Origin: Armatimonadota bacterium | GTDB taxonomy: Bacteria > Armatimonadota > Fimbriimonadia > Fimbriimonadales > GBS-DC | Assembly: GCA_037442385.1 (NCBI GenBank) | Contig: JBBIQJ010000002.1 | Coordinates: 1-45,963 of the forward strand | DNA: 45,963 nucleotides | Direction of reading: 5' to 3' | In this document: positions 8,596 to 16,547 of the stretch, in pieces | Layout of the letters: each line of letters begins with the position of its first letter | Numbering within the stretch: position 1 is the first letter of the stretch | Made by a program: the position numbers and the translations under genes | Notes under the pieces: model-generated | What the model was told of the DNA's origin: nothing | The model's input: the letters and a program-made list of their open reading frames with translations, nothing else | Databases searched by the model: none

Positions 8596-9150
8596 ATGGG
8601 CGAAGGGTTTAATCCAGGCGTATGGACTTGGGGGGTTGTTCGGGATGTGTTCATGATGGGGTTGCTGCTGACCTCCGATCCGCCTTCACCGTTTCTCACC
8701 GCGCTTGTCTGTACGATAGGGAGCGTGCTGGGAGCGGCGTTGGGCTGGGCGATTGGGGCGTATGGAGGCTACCCGCTCTTGCATCGCTTCTTCAAGGAAG
8801 AGAAGGTGCAGGCGGTGGAGCGACTTTACCAGCGTTATGGGGTCTTCGCGATTTTGATGGCGGCGTTCACCCCCATTCCCTACAAAGTGTTCACGATTGC
8901 CAGCGGCGTGTTTCGGTACAACCTGCTGGGGATGTTGGCAGTGAGCGTGGTGGGGCGCGGGGCGCGCTTCTTTCTGGTGGCGTATCTGGTGCAGTGGTTC
9001 GGCGAGAGTATCCTCAAGCAGTTTGACCGCACGTTGCTGGTGGGTACGGTTTTGCTGATTGCAGGAGCGGCGGGTTATCTCTACTGGCGTTCGCGCCACG
9101 GCAAGGTACGCCTGCGCGGGCAACGGGAAATCCCGGCTGAGAAAGACTGA
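8596..9150 (+). CDS. DedA/YqaA (SNARE-associated) family membrane protein; 5' end uncertain (see finding)
   Basis: CTIGSVLGAALGWAIGAYGGYPLL...YGVFAILMAAFTPIPYKVFTIASGV...GRGARFFLVAYL is the YqaA/DedA pattern. Confidence 0.8.
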   Translation: MGEGFNPGVWTWGVVRDVFMMGLLLTSDPPSPFLTALVCTIGSVLGAALGWAIGAYGGYPLLHRFFKEEKVQAVERLYQRYGVFAILMAAFTPIPYKVFTIASGVFRYNLLGMLAVSVVGRGARFFLVAYLVQWFGESILKQFDRTLLVGTVLLIAGAAGYLYWRSRHGKVRLRGQREIPAEKD

Positions 9151-9232
9151 ACTTTAATGGCTATAGCAAGGCTCCCCTCCCTGCCATAATTCACCTCAAA
9201 ACCCGCATTTTTGCTTATAGGCATGCGAAACC

Positions 9233-9248
9233 TGGCACATGGGTTGCT
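9233..9248 (+). promoter_or_regulatory. Sigma-54 (RpoN) -24/-12 promoter
   Basis: TGGCACatgggTTGCT is an exact match to TGGCAC-N5-TTGCW, with GG at 9234-9235 and GC at 9246-9247. It lies about 40 nt upstream of the PEP-CTERM gene start at 9288. Confidence 0.65.
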
Positions 9249-9287
9249 ATGTCTAATCCCCAGACTTCAGAAATGGGGGTAAGAGCG

Positions 9288-9926
9288 ATGCGAAAAACAC
9301 TGCTTGGCTTGGGATTAGCGATTAGCCTGTGTGTGATTGCGAATGCCAGCCTGACGATAGATGACTTCACAACGGGCGCTTATTCGGTGAGTCTGATTTC
9401 AGGCTCCGATGTCAACACCCAGTTTGGCTCGATGCTGGGAGGCACACGGCAAACTGTCCTGCAGGTGCTTGCCAACCCGTTGAGTCGCCCCGTGGCACTG
9501 GATATCGGTTCAGGGCTGAGTGTGCTGGATAATGGGAGCCTTGCCCAGTCGCAGCTGACGCTGATTTATCTGCAGGGCGCCACCACGGTAGACCTGAGCA
9601 GCTACGACCGCCTGCGCCTGCACTTTGTGGGGAACGACCTGCCGATGAATATACAGGTTGCCTTCTACTCTCCCAGTGGGCAGGCGATGGGCACTTCTGC
9701 GGTTGCACCGGGTGTGGGATTCCACCACGATGTCCTGTTCAGCTCTCTGATGACCTTTGGCACGATGGGCTGGTCGCAGGTGAACTATATCTCCGTGCGC
9801 TTCGAGCCTGCACCGGGCGGCGACTTTGCGCTCTCGCAACTGGAAGTTGTGCCTGAACCTGCCAGCCTGATTGCGCTGATGACCGGCGTCGTCAGCCTGG
9901 TAGGGTATGTACGCCGCCGTAAGTAA
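9288..9926 (+). CDS. PEP-CTERM sorting-domain secreted protein
   Basis: It has signal peptide MRKTLLGLGLAISLCVIANA. The C-terminus VPEPASLIALMTGVVSLVGYVRRRK has the PEP motif, a TM helix and a basic tail. A GGGGG Shine-Dalgarno-like run precedes the ATG. Confidence 0.85.
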   Translation: MRKTLLGLGLAISLCVIANASLTIDDFTTGAYSVSLISGSDVNTQFGSMLGGTRQTVLQVLANPLSRPVALDIGSGLSVLDNGSLAQSQLTLIYLQGATTVDLSSYDRLRLHFVGNDLPMNIQVAFYSPSGQAMGTSAVAPGVGFHHDVLFSSLMTFGTMGWSQVNYISVRFEPAPGGDFALSQLEVVPEPASLIALMTGVVSLVGYVRRRK

Positions 9927-9955
9927 GTTTGCTTCATCCCCTCTGAAACCCTCCC

Positions 9956-9990
9956 TGCCATGCCTGCGGTAGTGCAGGCATGGCATTTTT
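9956..9990 (+). terminator. Rho-independent terminator after the PEP-CTERM gene
   Basis: The stem is TGCCATGCCTGC / GCAGGCATGGCA (12 bp) with a 6-nt loop, followed by TTTTT. Confidence 0.8.
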
Positions 9991-9994
9991 AAAC

Positions 9995-10003
9995 GGGTAT
10001 AAT
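9995..10003 (+). promoter_or_regulatory. -10 element GGGTATAAT for fadN-like gene
   Basis: gggtataat lies directly after the terminator, 57 nt upstream of the ATG at 10061, which has a GGAGG. Confidence 0.45.
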
Positions 10004-10060
10004 CCCCCCACAGGATTTTTGACTTGCGAGTCGAAAACACCCCGTAGAGGAGGTTATCCG

Positions 10061-12466
10061 ATGCTGAATGAACACAAAGCGACAGGCAAAGCTGCCGTTT
10101 TAGGGGCAGGCACGATGGGCGCTCAGATTGCGGCGCACTTAGCCAATGTTGGCTGGCAGGTGCTGCTGCTCGATATCGCGCCCACGCAACTGACCCCTGA
10201 AGAAGAAGCGAAAGGACTTATCCTACAGGACCGTGAGGTGCGCAACCGAATTGCGCGCACAGGCTTGGAGCGCGTTAGCAAACTCAAACCCGCGCCCTTC
10301 TACCTGCCCGAACTGGCGAGCCGAATCGAAATCGGCAACTTTGAAGACGATTTCCCGCGCCTCAAGGAAGCCGACTGGGTTATTGAAGCGGTCGTGGAAG
10401 ACCCTCAAATCAAGCGCGAACTCTGGACGCGCGTGCAGGACTATGTGAACCCCAACGCGATTCTTTCCACCAACACGAGCGGTCTCTCCATCCACGAGAT
10501 GAGCGAAGAGTGCCGCGACGACATCAAGCGGCGCTTCATGGGAACCCACTTTTTCAACCCCCCGCGCTACCTCAAACTGCTGGAGATTATCCCCCGCAAA
10601 GAGACCGACCCCGAGCTGGTGGAAGGCATGATTCGCTTCGCGGAGCGCGTGCTGGGTAAGCGCGTGGTGATTGCCCGCGATACCCCCGGCTTTATCGCGA
10701 ATCGGCTCGGCGTCCACGCCATGATGGTGGTCTTCCCCATCATGCAGGCGTTTGGCATGACGATTGAAGAAGTGGACGCGCTCACAGGTCCCATGATTGG
10801 GCATCCGCGAAGCGCCACCTTCCGACTAGCAGATATTGTGGGGCTGGATGTGATGGCGAGCGTCGCCAAAAACCTGCACGAGCGCCTTGAAACCCCCGAA
10901 GAGAAAGCCGTCTTCACTCTGCCCGAAGTGGTGCAACGCCTGATTGCCGACGGGCAACTGGGCGAGAAAACGGGCGCGGGCTTCTATCGGCGCCGGAAAG
11001 ACGGCACAATAGAAGCGTTAGACCTCAACACTTACGAGTATCGCCCGCGCCAGAAGCCCAAATTCCCTCATCTGGAGCCGCTGGAGAAGCTGCCGCTGGA
11101 AGAGCGCCTCAAAGCGCTGGTGAACCACGACAGCCGCGAGGGGCGGTTCCTGTGGCGCCTGACCGCCGAGACACTGACCTATGTCGCCCAGCACGCCCCC
11201 GCCCTCGCCGACGACCCGATTGCAATCGACCACGCCATCAAGTGGGGCTTCAACTGGGAGCTGGGGCCGTTCCAGATTTGGGACGCGCTGGGGGTCAAAG
11301 AGACCGCCGAACGGCTGGAGCGCGAAGGCAAACCCGTGCCTCCCGTGGTGCAACAACTGCTCGCCAAAGGGCGCACGGGGTTCTATGAGACCGCCGACAC
11401 GGGCGAAACCACGGTCTATGTCTGGATTGGCAGCGGACAGATTGCACCTTATCACCCCTCCGAGGAGTTTCTCACGCCGGGCAATATGGCGCGCCACTGC
11501 CCTGAAGTGGAACGCAACGCCGACGCTTCCGTGTACGACATGGGCGACGGCGTGTTCTGCGTGGGCATCCACAGCAAGATGAACACGCTCGGTCCTGGCG
11601 TGATGGAGATGCTCTACAAGGGGGTGGAGCGTGCCGAGCGCGAGGGCGTCGGGCTGGTCATCACAGGCATCGGCGAGCATTTCTCGGTCGGGTTCAACCT
11701 GCAGCTGTTTTTGATGATGATTGGCACGGGCGACTTTGACGAGTTGCTGATGGGCGGCAAAGCCTTTCAGGATTCGCTCTTGCGCCTGCGCCACGCGAAA
11801 GTGCCCACCGTCGCGGCAGTGTTCGGCTACACGCTGGGCGGCGCCTGCGAGCTAGCGATGCACTGCACCAAAACCGTTGCTAGCGCCGAAACCTATATCG
11901 GCTTGCCTGAAGTGGGGGTGGGCATCATCCCCGCAGGCGGCGGCACCAGCACGATGCTCTGGCGCGCGCTCAGCGACCTGCCCCCGAACGCCGACCCATA
12001 CCCTGCCATCCGCCGCGTGATGGAAACGCTCGGCTTCGGCAAAGTCGCCACCAGCGCGCTGGAAGGCGTGCGCTACGGCTTCCTGCGCGAAGGCGTGGAC
12101 CATATCGTGGTGAATCCCGACCGCGTGCTGTGGACTGCCAAGCAGGAGGTGCTTCACCTCGCCGAAGTCGGCTACACACCGATGGAAAAGCCGAAGGTGA
12201 TGGCGTATGGCGATACGGTGCTGAACCGCCTGCTGGTGGAACTGCACAACCTGAAGCGGGGCGGGTTTATCACCGAGCATGACTTCACGATTGCCTCGCA
12301 GATTGCCTATGTGCTTTCGGGCGGCGACCTAAGCCAGCCTGCCGAAATGCCCCTGAGCTACTTCTACGGGCTGGAGATTCAGGTGGTGGGCTACCTCGCC
12401 CAGCAACCCAAGACCTGGGAGCGCATGCGCCACATGCTCGAAACAGGTAAACCGCTGCGAAACTGA
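10061..12466 (+). CDS. fadN: 3-hydroxyacyl-CoA dehydrogenase / enoyl-CoA hydratase fusion (FadN-type, dehydrogenase N-terminal)
   Basis: It has an N-terminal NAD fold (AAVLGAGTMGAQIAAHLANVG), 3HCDH motifs and a C-terminal crotonase-like half (GLVITGIGEHFSVGFNL...GGACELAMHC). GGAGG lies 6 nt before the ATG at 10061. Confidence 0.85.
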   Translation: MLNEHKATGKAAVLGAGTMGAQIAAHLANVGWQVLLLDIAPTQLTPEEEAKGLILQDREVRNRIARTGLERVSKLKPAPFYLPELASRIEIGNFEDDFPRLKEADWVIEAVVEDPQIKRELWTRVQDYVNPNAILSTNTSGLSIHEMSEECRDDIKRRFMGTHFFNPPRYLKLLEIIPRKETDPELVEGMIRFAERVLGKRVVIARDTPGFIANRLGVHAMMVVFPIMQAFGMTIEEVDALTGPMIGHPRSATFRLADIVGLDVMASVAKNLHERLETPEEKAVFTLPEVVQRLIADGQLGEKTGAGFYRRRKDGTIEALDLNTYEYRPRQKPKFPHLEPLEKLPLEERLKALVNHDSREGRFLWRLTAETLTYVAQHAPALADDPIAIDHAIKWGFNWELGPFQIWDALGVKETAERLEREGKPVPPVVQQLLAKGRTGFYETADTGETTVYVWIGSGQIAPYHPSEEFLTPGNMARHCPEVERNADASVYDMGDGVFCVGIHSKMNTLGPGVMEMLYKGVERAEREGVGLVITGIGEHFSVGFNLQLFLMMIGTGDFDELLMGGKAFQDSLLRLRHAKVPTVAAVFGYTLGGACELAMHCTKTVASAETYIGLPEVGVGIIPAGGGTSTMLWRALSDLPPNADPYPAIRRVMETLGFGKVATSALEGVRYGFLREGVDHIVVNPDRVLWTAKQEVLHLAEVGYTPMEKPKVMAYGDTVLNRLLVELHNLKRGGFITEHDFTIASQIAYVLSGGDLSQPAEMPLSYFYGLEIQVVGYLAQQPKTWERMRHMLETGKPLRN

Positions 12467-12472
12467 GTGAAA

Positions 12473-12510
12473 ACGCCCCCCAGCCATTGCGGCTGGGGGG
12501 CGTCAGTTTT
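12473..12510 (+). terminator. Rho-independent terminator after fadN
   Basis: The stem is ACGCCCCCCAGCC / GGCTGGGGGGCGT (13 bp) with loop ATTGC, followed by CAGTTTTC. Confidence 0.8.
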
Positions 12511-12541
12511 CGGGTATCCTTATAACGCACGGAGGCGGAGC

Positions 12542-13135
12542 GTGACACGCGACCAGCTGGTCAGGATAGAGAATGATGTGGTGCGGGCGCTGGTTCACGC
12601 GCTGGAGATGGCGCATCCCCATCTGGAGGGACACAGCGAGCGTGTAGCCACCTATGCAGTAGCCATCGGCTGTGAGATGGGATTGAGCAAGCCCACCCTG
12701 CGCCTGCTCCGAATCGCGGGCGCCCTGCACGATATCGGCATGCTCGCCCTCCCCACACCCCTGCTCACCCGGACGAACCCAACCGCCGAAGAGTGGGAAC
12801 AGATTCGAAGCCACCCCACACTGAGCGTGCAACTGTTGCGGCGCATTCACCGTTTCAAAGACGCCCTCATCTGGGTGGAGTGCCATCACGAACGCTGGGA
12901 TGGGCGCGGCTATCCGTTCGGCTGGCGTGAAGAGCAGATTCCCCTGCCCGCGCGAATCTTAGCTGTCGCCGAGGCGTTTGATGGCATGCGCACTCCCATG
13001 CCCTACCGCGACGCGCTCTCCGAGCAGGAGGCGCTGGAACTCATCCAGCAAGGCGCGGCAACCCAGTTCGATCCCCTTGTGGTGAAAGCCTTCCTCAAAG
13101 TGCAACCCGTGATTCAACCTGTGGGAAGAGAGTAA
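12542..13135 (+). CDS. HD-GYP domain protein (putative c-di-GMP phosphodiesterase)
   Basis: Motifs HSERVA, ALHDIGMLALP and HHERWDGRGYPFG are present. I chose the GTG at 12542 (GGAGG at 12531-12535) because the ORF-track start at 12467 would include the fadN terminator. Confidence 0.8.
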   Translation: MTRDQLVRIENDVVRALVHALEMAHPHLEGHSERVATYAVAIGCEMGLSKPTLRLLRIAGALHDIGMLALPTPLLTRTNPTAEEWEQIRSHPTLSVQLLRRIHRFKDALIWVECHHERWDGRGYPFGWREEQIPLPARILAVAEAFDGMRTPMPYRDALSEQEALELIQQGAATQFDPLVVKAFLKVQPVIQPVGRE

Positions 13136-13458
13136 AAAATTGCCTCAGGAGTGTCGCCTGAGAACACAATCGCCCTTCAACAAGGAAAGCTGCGAGGCAC
13201 AAGCCGAAACTGGTGGGTTGAGTGGCGCTGGTGCAGGACAGAGCGTCGCCGTAGATAGCGGGTGAACCAGCATCGCTCGGAGGGACCTCCCTTTGGGACA
13301 TCCTCTTCCCTATAAGCAGGAGAGGCTCCATGCAGTAGGCCGAGTCAGGATAATTGCAAAATAACCGTGAAGCATCTGAGCCGATTCAGAAGCATCATTA
13401 CTACCTCTTCACCAACCTTATAACATACACGGCATCATTGCCGACGACAAGCCACTCA

Positions 13459-13626
13459 GACGGCTGAAGTCGCTCTGTCGCAAAGAACGGGGGATTCGTT
13501 GAACAGGACGCGGGAACCGCGTCCGTACGGGCATCCGTAGGGGCGCGGTCGCGCGCCCCACGCGGCAAAATTAACCGTGCCACGAGGTGGAATGCAAATC
13601 CTTGCGACAGAGCAGCTTTAGCCGTC
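13459..13626 (+). repeat. Copy 1 of a hairpin-rich palindromic intergenic element (MITE/REP-like)
   Basis: Terminal inverted repeats are GACGGCTGAAGTCGCTCTGTCGCAAAG ... CCTTGCGACAGAGCAGCTTTAGCCGTC. The core GAACAGGACGCGGGAACCGCGTCCGTAC is shared with the copies at 33784-33925 and 44241-44397. Confidence 0.8.
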
Positions 13627-13688
13627 TGGCACTGTCATAATCGCCCCTTACGCCAAAAAGCCAACCTTTCAGGTACACTTATAGCGCC

Positions 13689-14438
13689 GTGCTGGTGCAG
13701 ACCTACATTCACATTCCGGGCATTACGCAGGAGATTGAGGTGTCGCTCTGGCGTCAGGGGGCGAGCGATTGGGAGACGCTGCTGGAAACACCGGATCGCT
13801 GGCGCATTCCAGAGCCGTATCGAAGCGCCTTGATCGCAGGCGTGGAACGCTCCATAGAAGCCTTCGAAGAAGGCAATTACCCCTACTTCGCCACCCGACT
13901 GCCGCCGCGCGAACACTGGCGCGCCTACGAAGAGTACCGCCACGAAACCGCCTTTCTGGACATCGAAACCGATGGCGCCAACACTATCACCGTGATTGGC
14001 GTCTACGATGGCGAAGAGGTCTACCAGTTCGTGCAGGGCGACAATCTGGACGAGTTCCCCGATTTCATTCGCGAGTTTTCCATGCTGGTTACCTTCAACG
14101 GTCTCCACTTTGACCTGCCGATGATTAACCGTCAGTTCCCGTCGCTGGCATTTGACCAGTTGCATCTAGATTTGTGTCCCACTTTGCGGCGTGTGGGGTT
14201 GCGCGGCGGCTTGAAACGCATCGAGGAGCTGCTTGGGCTGGTGCGCGACCCCGATCTGGAAGGCATGGACGGCATGGACGCGATTCGCCTCTGGAAAGCC
14301 TACCGACTGGGGCATCACAGTGCGCTGGAGACGCTGTTGCGCTACAATCGGGAAGATATTGTGAACCTGAAGCCGCTGGCGAATCTCGCCTACACGCGCC
14401 TGCGCGAACGGCTCTGGCGCCAGGCGACAGCGCTTTAG
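13689..14438 (+). CDS. RNase H-fold (YprB/PolB-exonuclease-like) predicted 3'-5' exonuclease
   Basis: It has FLDIETDG (ExoI-like DxE), TFNGLHFDLPMI and LLRYNREDIVNL motifs. The GTG start lies 9 nt after TACACT. Confidence 0.7.
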   Translation: MLVQTYIHIPGITQEIEVSLWRQGASDWETLLETPDRWRIPEPYRSALIAGVERSIEAFEEGNYPYFATRLPPREHWRAYEEYRHETAFLDIETDGANTITVIGVYDGEEVYQFVQGDNLDEFPDFIREFSMLVTFNGLHFDLPMINRQFPSLAFDQLHLDLCPTLRRVGLRGGLKRIEELLGLVRDPDLEGMDGMDAIRLWKAYRLGHHSALETLLRYNREDIVNLKPLANLAYTRLRERLWRQATAL

Positions 14439-15703
14439 GCGTTCAGGGCAATATCGGTGCGGTAGTGCATGCCCTCAAAATGGATCTGGGCGACTGCCTC
14501 GTAGGCGCGCTGGCGTGCTTGCTCGATGGTGTTGCCCAAGCCAACCACATTCAGCACACGCCCGCCCGCCGTCAGATACCGACCCGACTCGAAGGCTGTG
14601 CCTGCGTGGAACAGCACCACATCGGGCATCTGTGCCACTGCCTCAATCCCCTCTATCGGGAAGCTCGTGCGGTATGCCCCTGGATAGCCGCCCGACGCTA
14701 GCACCACACACACAGCGCACTTCGAGGCGAACTGGGGACGCGCCTCGCCCAGACGCCCCTCAATGCTCGCCAGCATCACCTCCACGAGGTCGCTCGCCAG
14801 CAGGGGCATCAGAGTCTGCGTTTCGGGGTCGCCAAATCGGCAGTTGAACTCCAGCGTGTGGGGTTGACCCTCGCTTATCATCAGCCCGGCGTACAGCACG
14901 CCCTGATAGGGTGTGCCGCGCTCCGCCATCGTGCGCAGGGTAGGGAGAATAATCTGCTCGTGGACTTTTTGCAGGATGTCGGGTGTGGCGTCTGGGGGTG
15001 GCGCGTAGCAGCCCATCCCACCCGTGTTGGGACCGCGATTACCGTCAAACGCGCGTTTGTAGTCGCGCACGGGGGGCATCGGTTCGGCGTGTAGCCCATC
15101 GGTGAAGCAGAGCAGGGAGAGTTCGCGTCCGTAGAGGCGTTGCTCAATCACCACCCGCGCGCCTGCCTCGCCCAGCCCGCGCTGTTCCATAAGAAACTCC
15201 ACGGCGTCCAGCGCATCGGCGAGCGTCTCGCACACAAAAACCCCCTTGCCCAGCGCCTCGCCATCGGCTTTGACCACCAGCGGCTGCGCGGCGAAATGCG
15301 CGCGCAGGTAGGCTTTCGCTTCTTCGGGGTGGTCGAACACCGCGAACGGAGCGGTAGGCACACCCGCCTCTGCCATGAGCTGCTTGGCGAACGCTTTGCT
15401 CCCTTCCAGCATTGCGGCGGCGCGGCGCGGTCCAAAGCACGGGATGCCCGCCTCCGCCAGCGCATCGGCCAGCCCCGCAATTAGCGGTGATTCGGGACCC
15501 ACCACGACCAACGCCACCTGCTGGTCTCTGGCGAACTGAACGATTTCGGGGATGGCTTTGGGGGAAATAGAAACGCACTCGGCAACCTGGGCGATGCCGC
15601 CGTTGCCGGGCAGAGCGAACAGCCGGGAGCAGTGAGGACTTTGCGCAATGCGCCACGCCAGCGCATGCTCGCGTCCGCCACTGCCCACCAGCAGAATCCG
15701 CAT
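14435..15703 (-). CDS. purD: Phosphoribosylamine--glycine ligase
   Basis: MRILLVGSGGREHALAWRI opens a full-length ATP-grasp PurD pattern. The gene starts 3 nt after the rpsI stop. Confidence 0.93.
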   Translation of the reverse strand: MRILLVGSGGREHALAWRIAQSPHCSRLFALPGNGGIAQVAECVSISPKAIPEIVQFARDQQVALVVVGPESPLIAGLADALAEAGIPCFGPRRAAAMLEGSKAFAKQLMAEAGVPTAPFAVFDHPEEAKAYLRAHFAAQPLVVKADGEALGKGVFVCETLADALDAVEFLMEQRGLGEAGARVVIEQRLYGRELSLLCFTDGLHAEPMPPVRDYKRAFDGNRGPNTGGMGCYAPPPDATPDILQKVHEQIILPTLRTMAERGTPYQGVLYAGLMISEGQPHTLEFNCRFGDPETQTLMPLLASDLVEVMLASIEGRLGEARPQFASKCAVCVVLASGGYPGAYRTSFPIEGIEAVAQMPDVVLFHAGTAFESGRYLTAGGRVLNVVGLGNTIEQARQRAYEAVAQIHFEGMHYRTDIALNA

Positions 15704-15706
15704 GAG

Positions 15707-16102
15707 TTAGCGCTTGACGAACTGGAACCCGCGGCGTGCGCCGTGGCGTCCGTACTTCTTGCGCTCCTTTTCGCGGGCGTCGCGCGTGAGCAAGCCTGCC
15801 TGCTTCAGGGTCAGACGATATTCGGGGTTGACCTGCAGCAGGGCGCGCGCGATACCGTGTCGGACGGCGCCTGCTTGCCCCGAGATGCCGCCACCGCGCA
15901 CACTGGCTTTCACATCGTACTGCCCTTCCAGACCGAGCAGGCGCAGGGGCTGCTGCACAAGGCGCTCCAGCGCGAGCCGCCGCAGATACTCAGACGCCTC
16001 ACGCCCGTTAATCGTAATCTTGCCCGTGCCCGGCGTCAGCCACACACGCGCGCTTGCCGTCTTCCGACGCCCTGTCGCATAATAGCGAATCGGTTCTTCC
16101 AT
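15707..16102 (-). CDS. rpsI: 30S ribosomal protein S9
   Basis: It shows [15 protein letters not shown] and a C-terminal [17 protein letters not shown]. Confidence 0.95.
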   Translation of the reverse strand: MEEPIRYYATGRRKTASARVWLTPGTGKITINGREASEYLRRLALERLVQQPLRLLGLEGQYDVKASVRGGGISGQAGAVRHGIARALLQVNPEYRLTLKQAGLLTRDAREKERKKYGRHGARRGFQFVKR

Positions 16103-16115
16103 AGGTTCACCTCAC

Positions 16116-16547
16116 TTAAATCTCGTAGGGCTGGGGCTTCTGCGCCTGATGCGTATGCTCACTGCCTGCGAAGATGCGCAGGCGCTTCAGCATGCGGGCG
16201 CGCAGCTTATTTTTGGGAAGCATCCCGCTGATAACGCGCCGCATCATTTCTTCAGGCTTCTCGGTCATCAGCTTCTCGCGGGTGTAGGCGCGTAGCCCCC
16301 CAGGATGCATCGTGTGATGGTACAGAACCTCTTGCATCTTCTTGCCTGTAAACACCACTTTATCCGCGTTCAACAGAATTACATGGTCGCCCACATCCAT
16401 GTGGGGGGTATAGATGGGCTTATGCTTGCCCTGGAGCAGGCGTGCGACCTGCGCGGCGACACGCCCTGCGGGCTTACCTGCCGCATCGATAACCCACCAT
16501 GTGCGCTTAATATCACTCGGCTTGGCGGTGTAGGTGCGTTGCATCAT
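16116..16547 (-). CDS. rplM: 50S ribosomal protein L13
   Basis: The sequence is MMQRTYTAKPSDIKRTWWVIDAAGKPAGRVA. GGAGG at 16556-16560 lies 8 nt before the ATG at 16547. Confidence 0.93.
   Translation of the reverse strand: MMQRTYTAKPSDIKRTWWVIDAAGKPAGRVAAQVARLLQGKHKPIYTPHMDVGDHVILLNADKVVFTGKKMQEVLYHHTMHPGGLRAYTREKLMTEKPEEMMRRVISGMLPKNKLRARMLKRLRIFAGSEHTHQAQKPQPYEI

Noticed and set aside
13141-13200. A TPP riboswitch (a CTGAGA motif at 13158-13163), and separately a TPP riboswitch ahead of tenA.
   Set aside because: Only the CTGAGA hexamer matches; the ACCTGATCTGGATAATGCCAGCG-type half of the thi-box is absent. tenA appears leaderless (its -10 lies 6 nt from the ATG), which leaves no room for a riboswitch.
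13401-13583. Similar peptides (..TDAVPASC..FFATE..) appear in minus-strand ORFs 13401-13583, 33586-33873 and 44114-44638, which might suggest a small conserved protein.
   Set aside because: The similarity is confined to the nucleotide repeat element. The ORFs have different starts, ends and lengths, extend into unrelated flanks and overlap dense hairpins. The conservation is explained at the DNA/RNA level.
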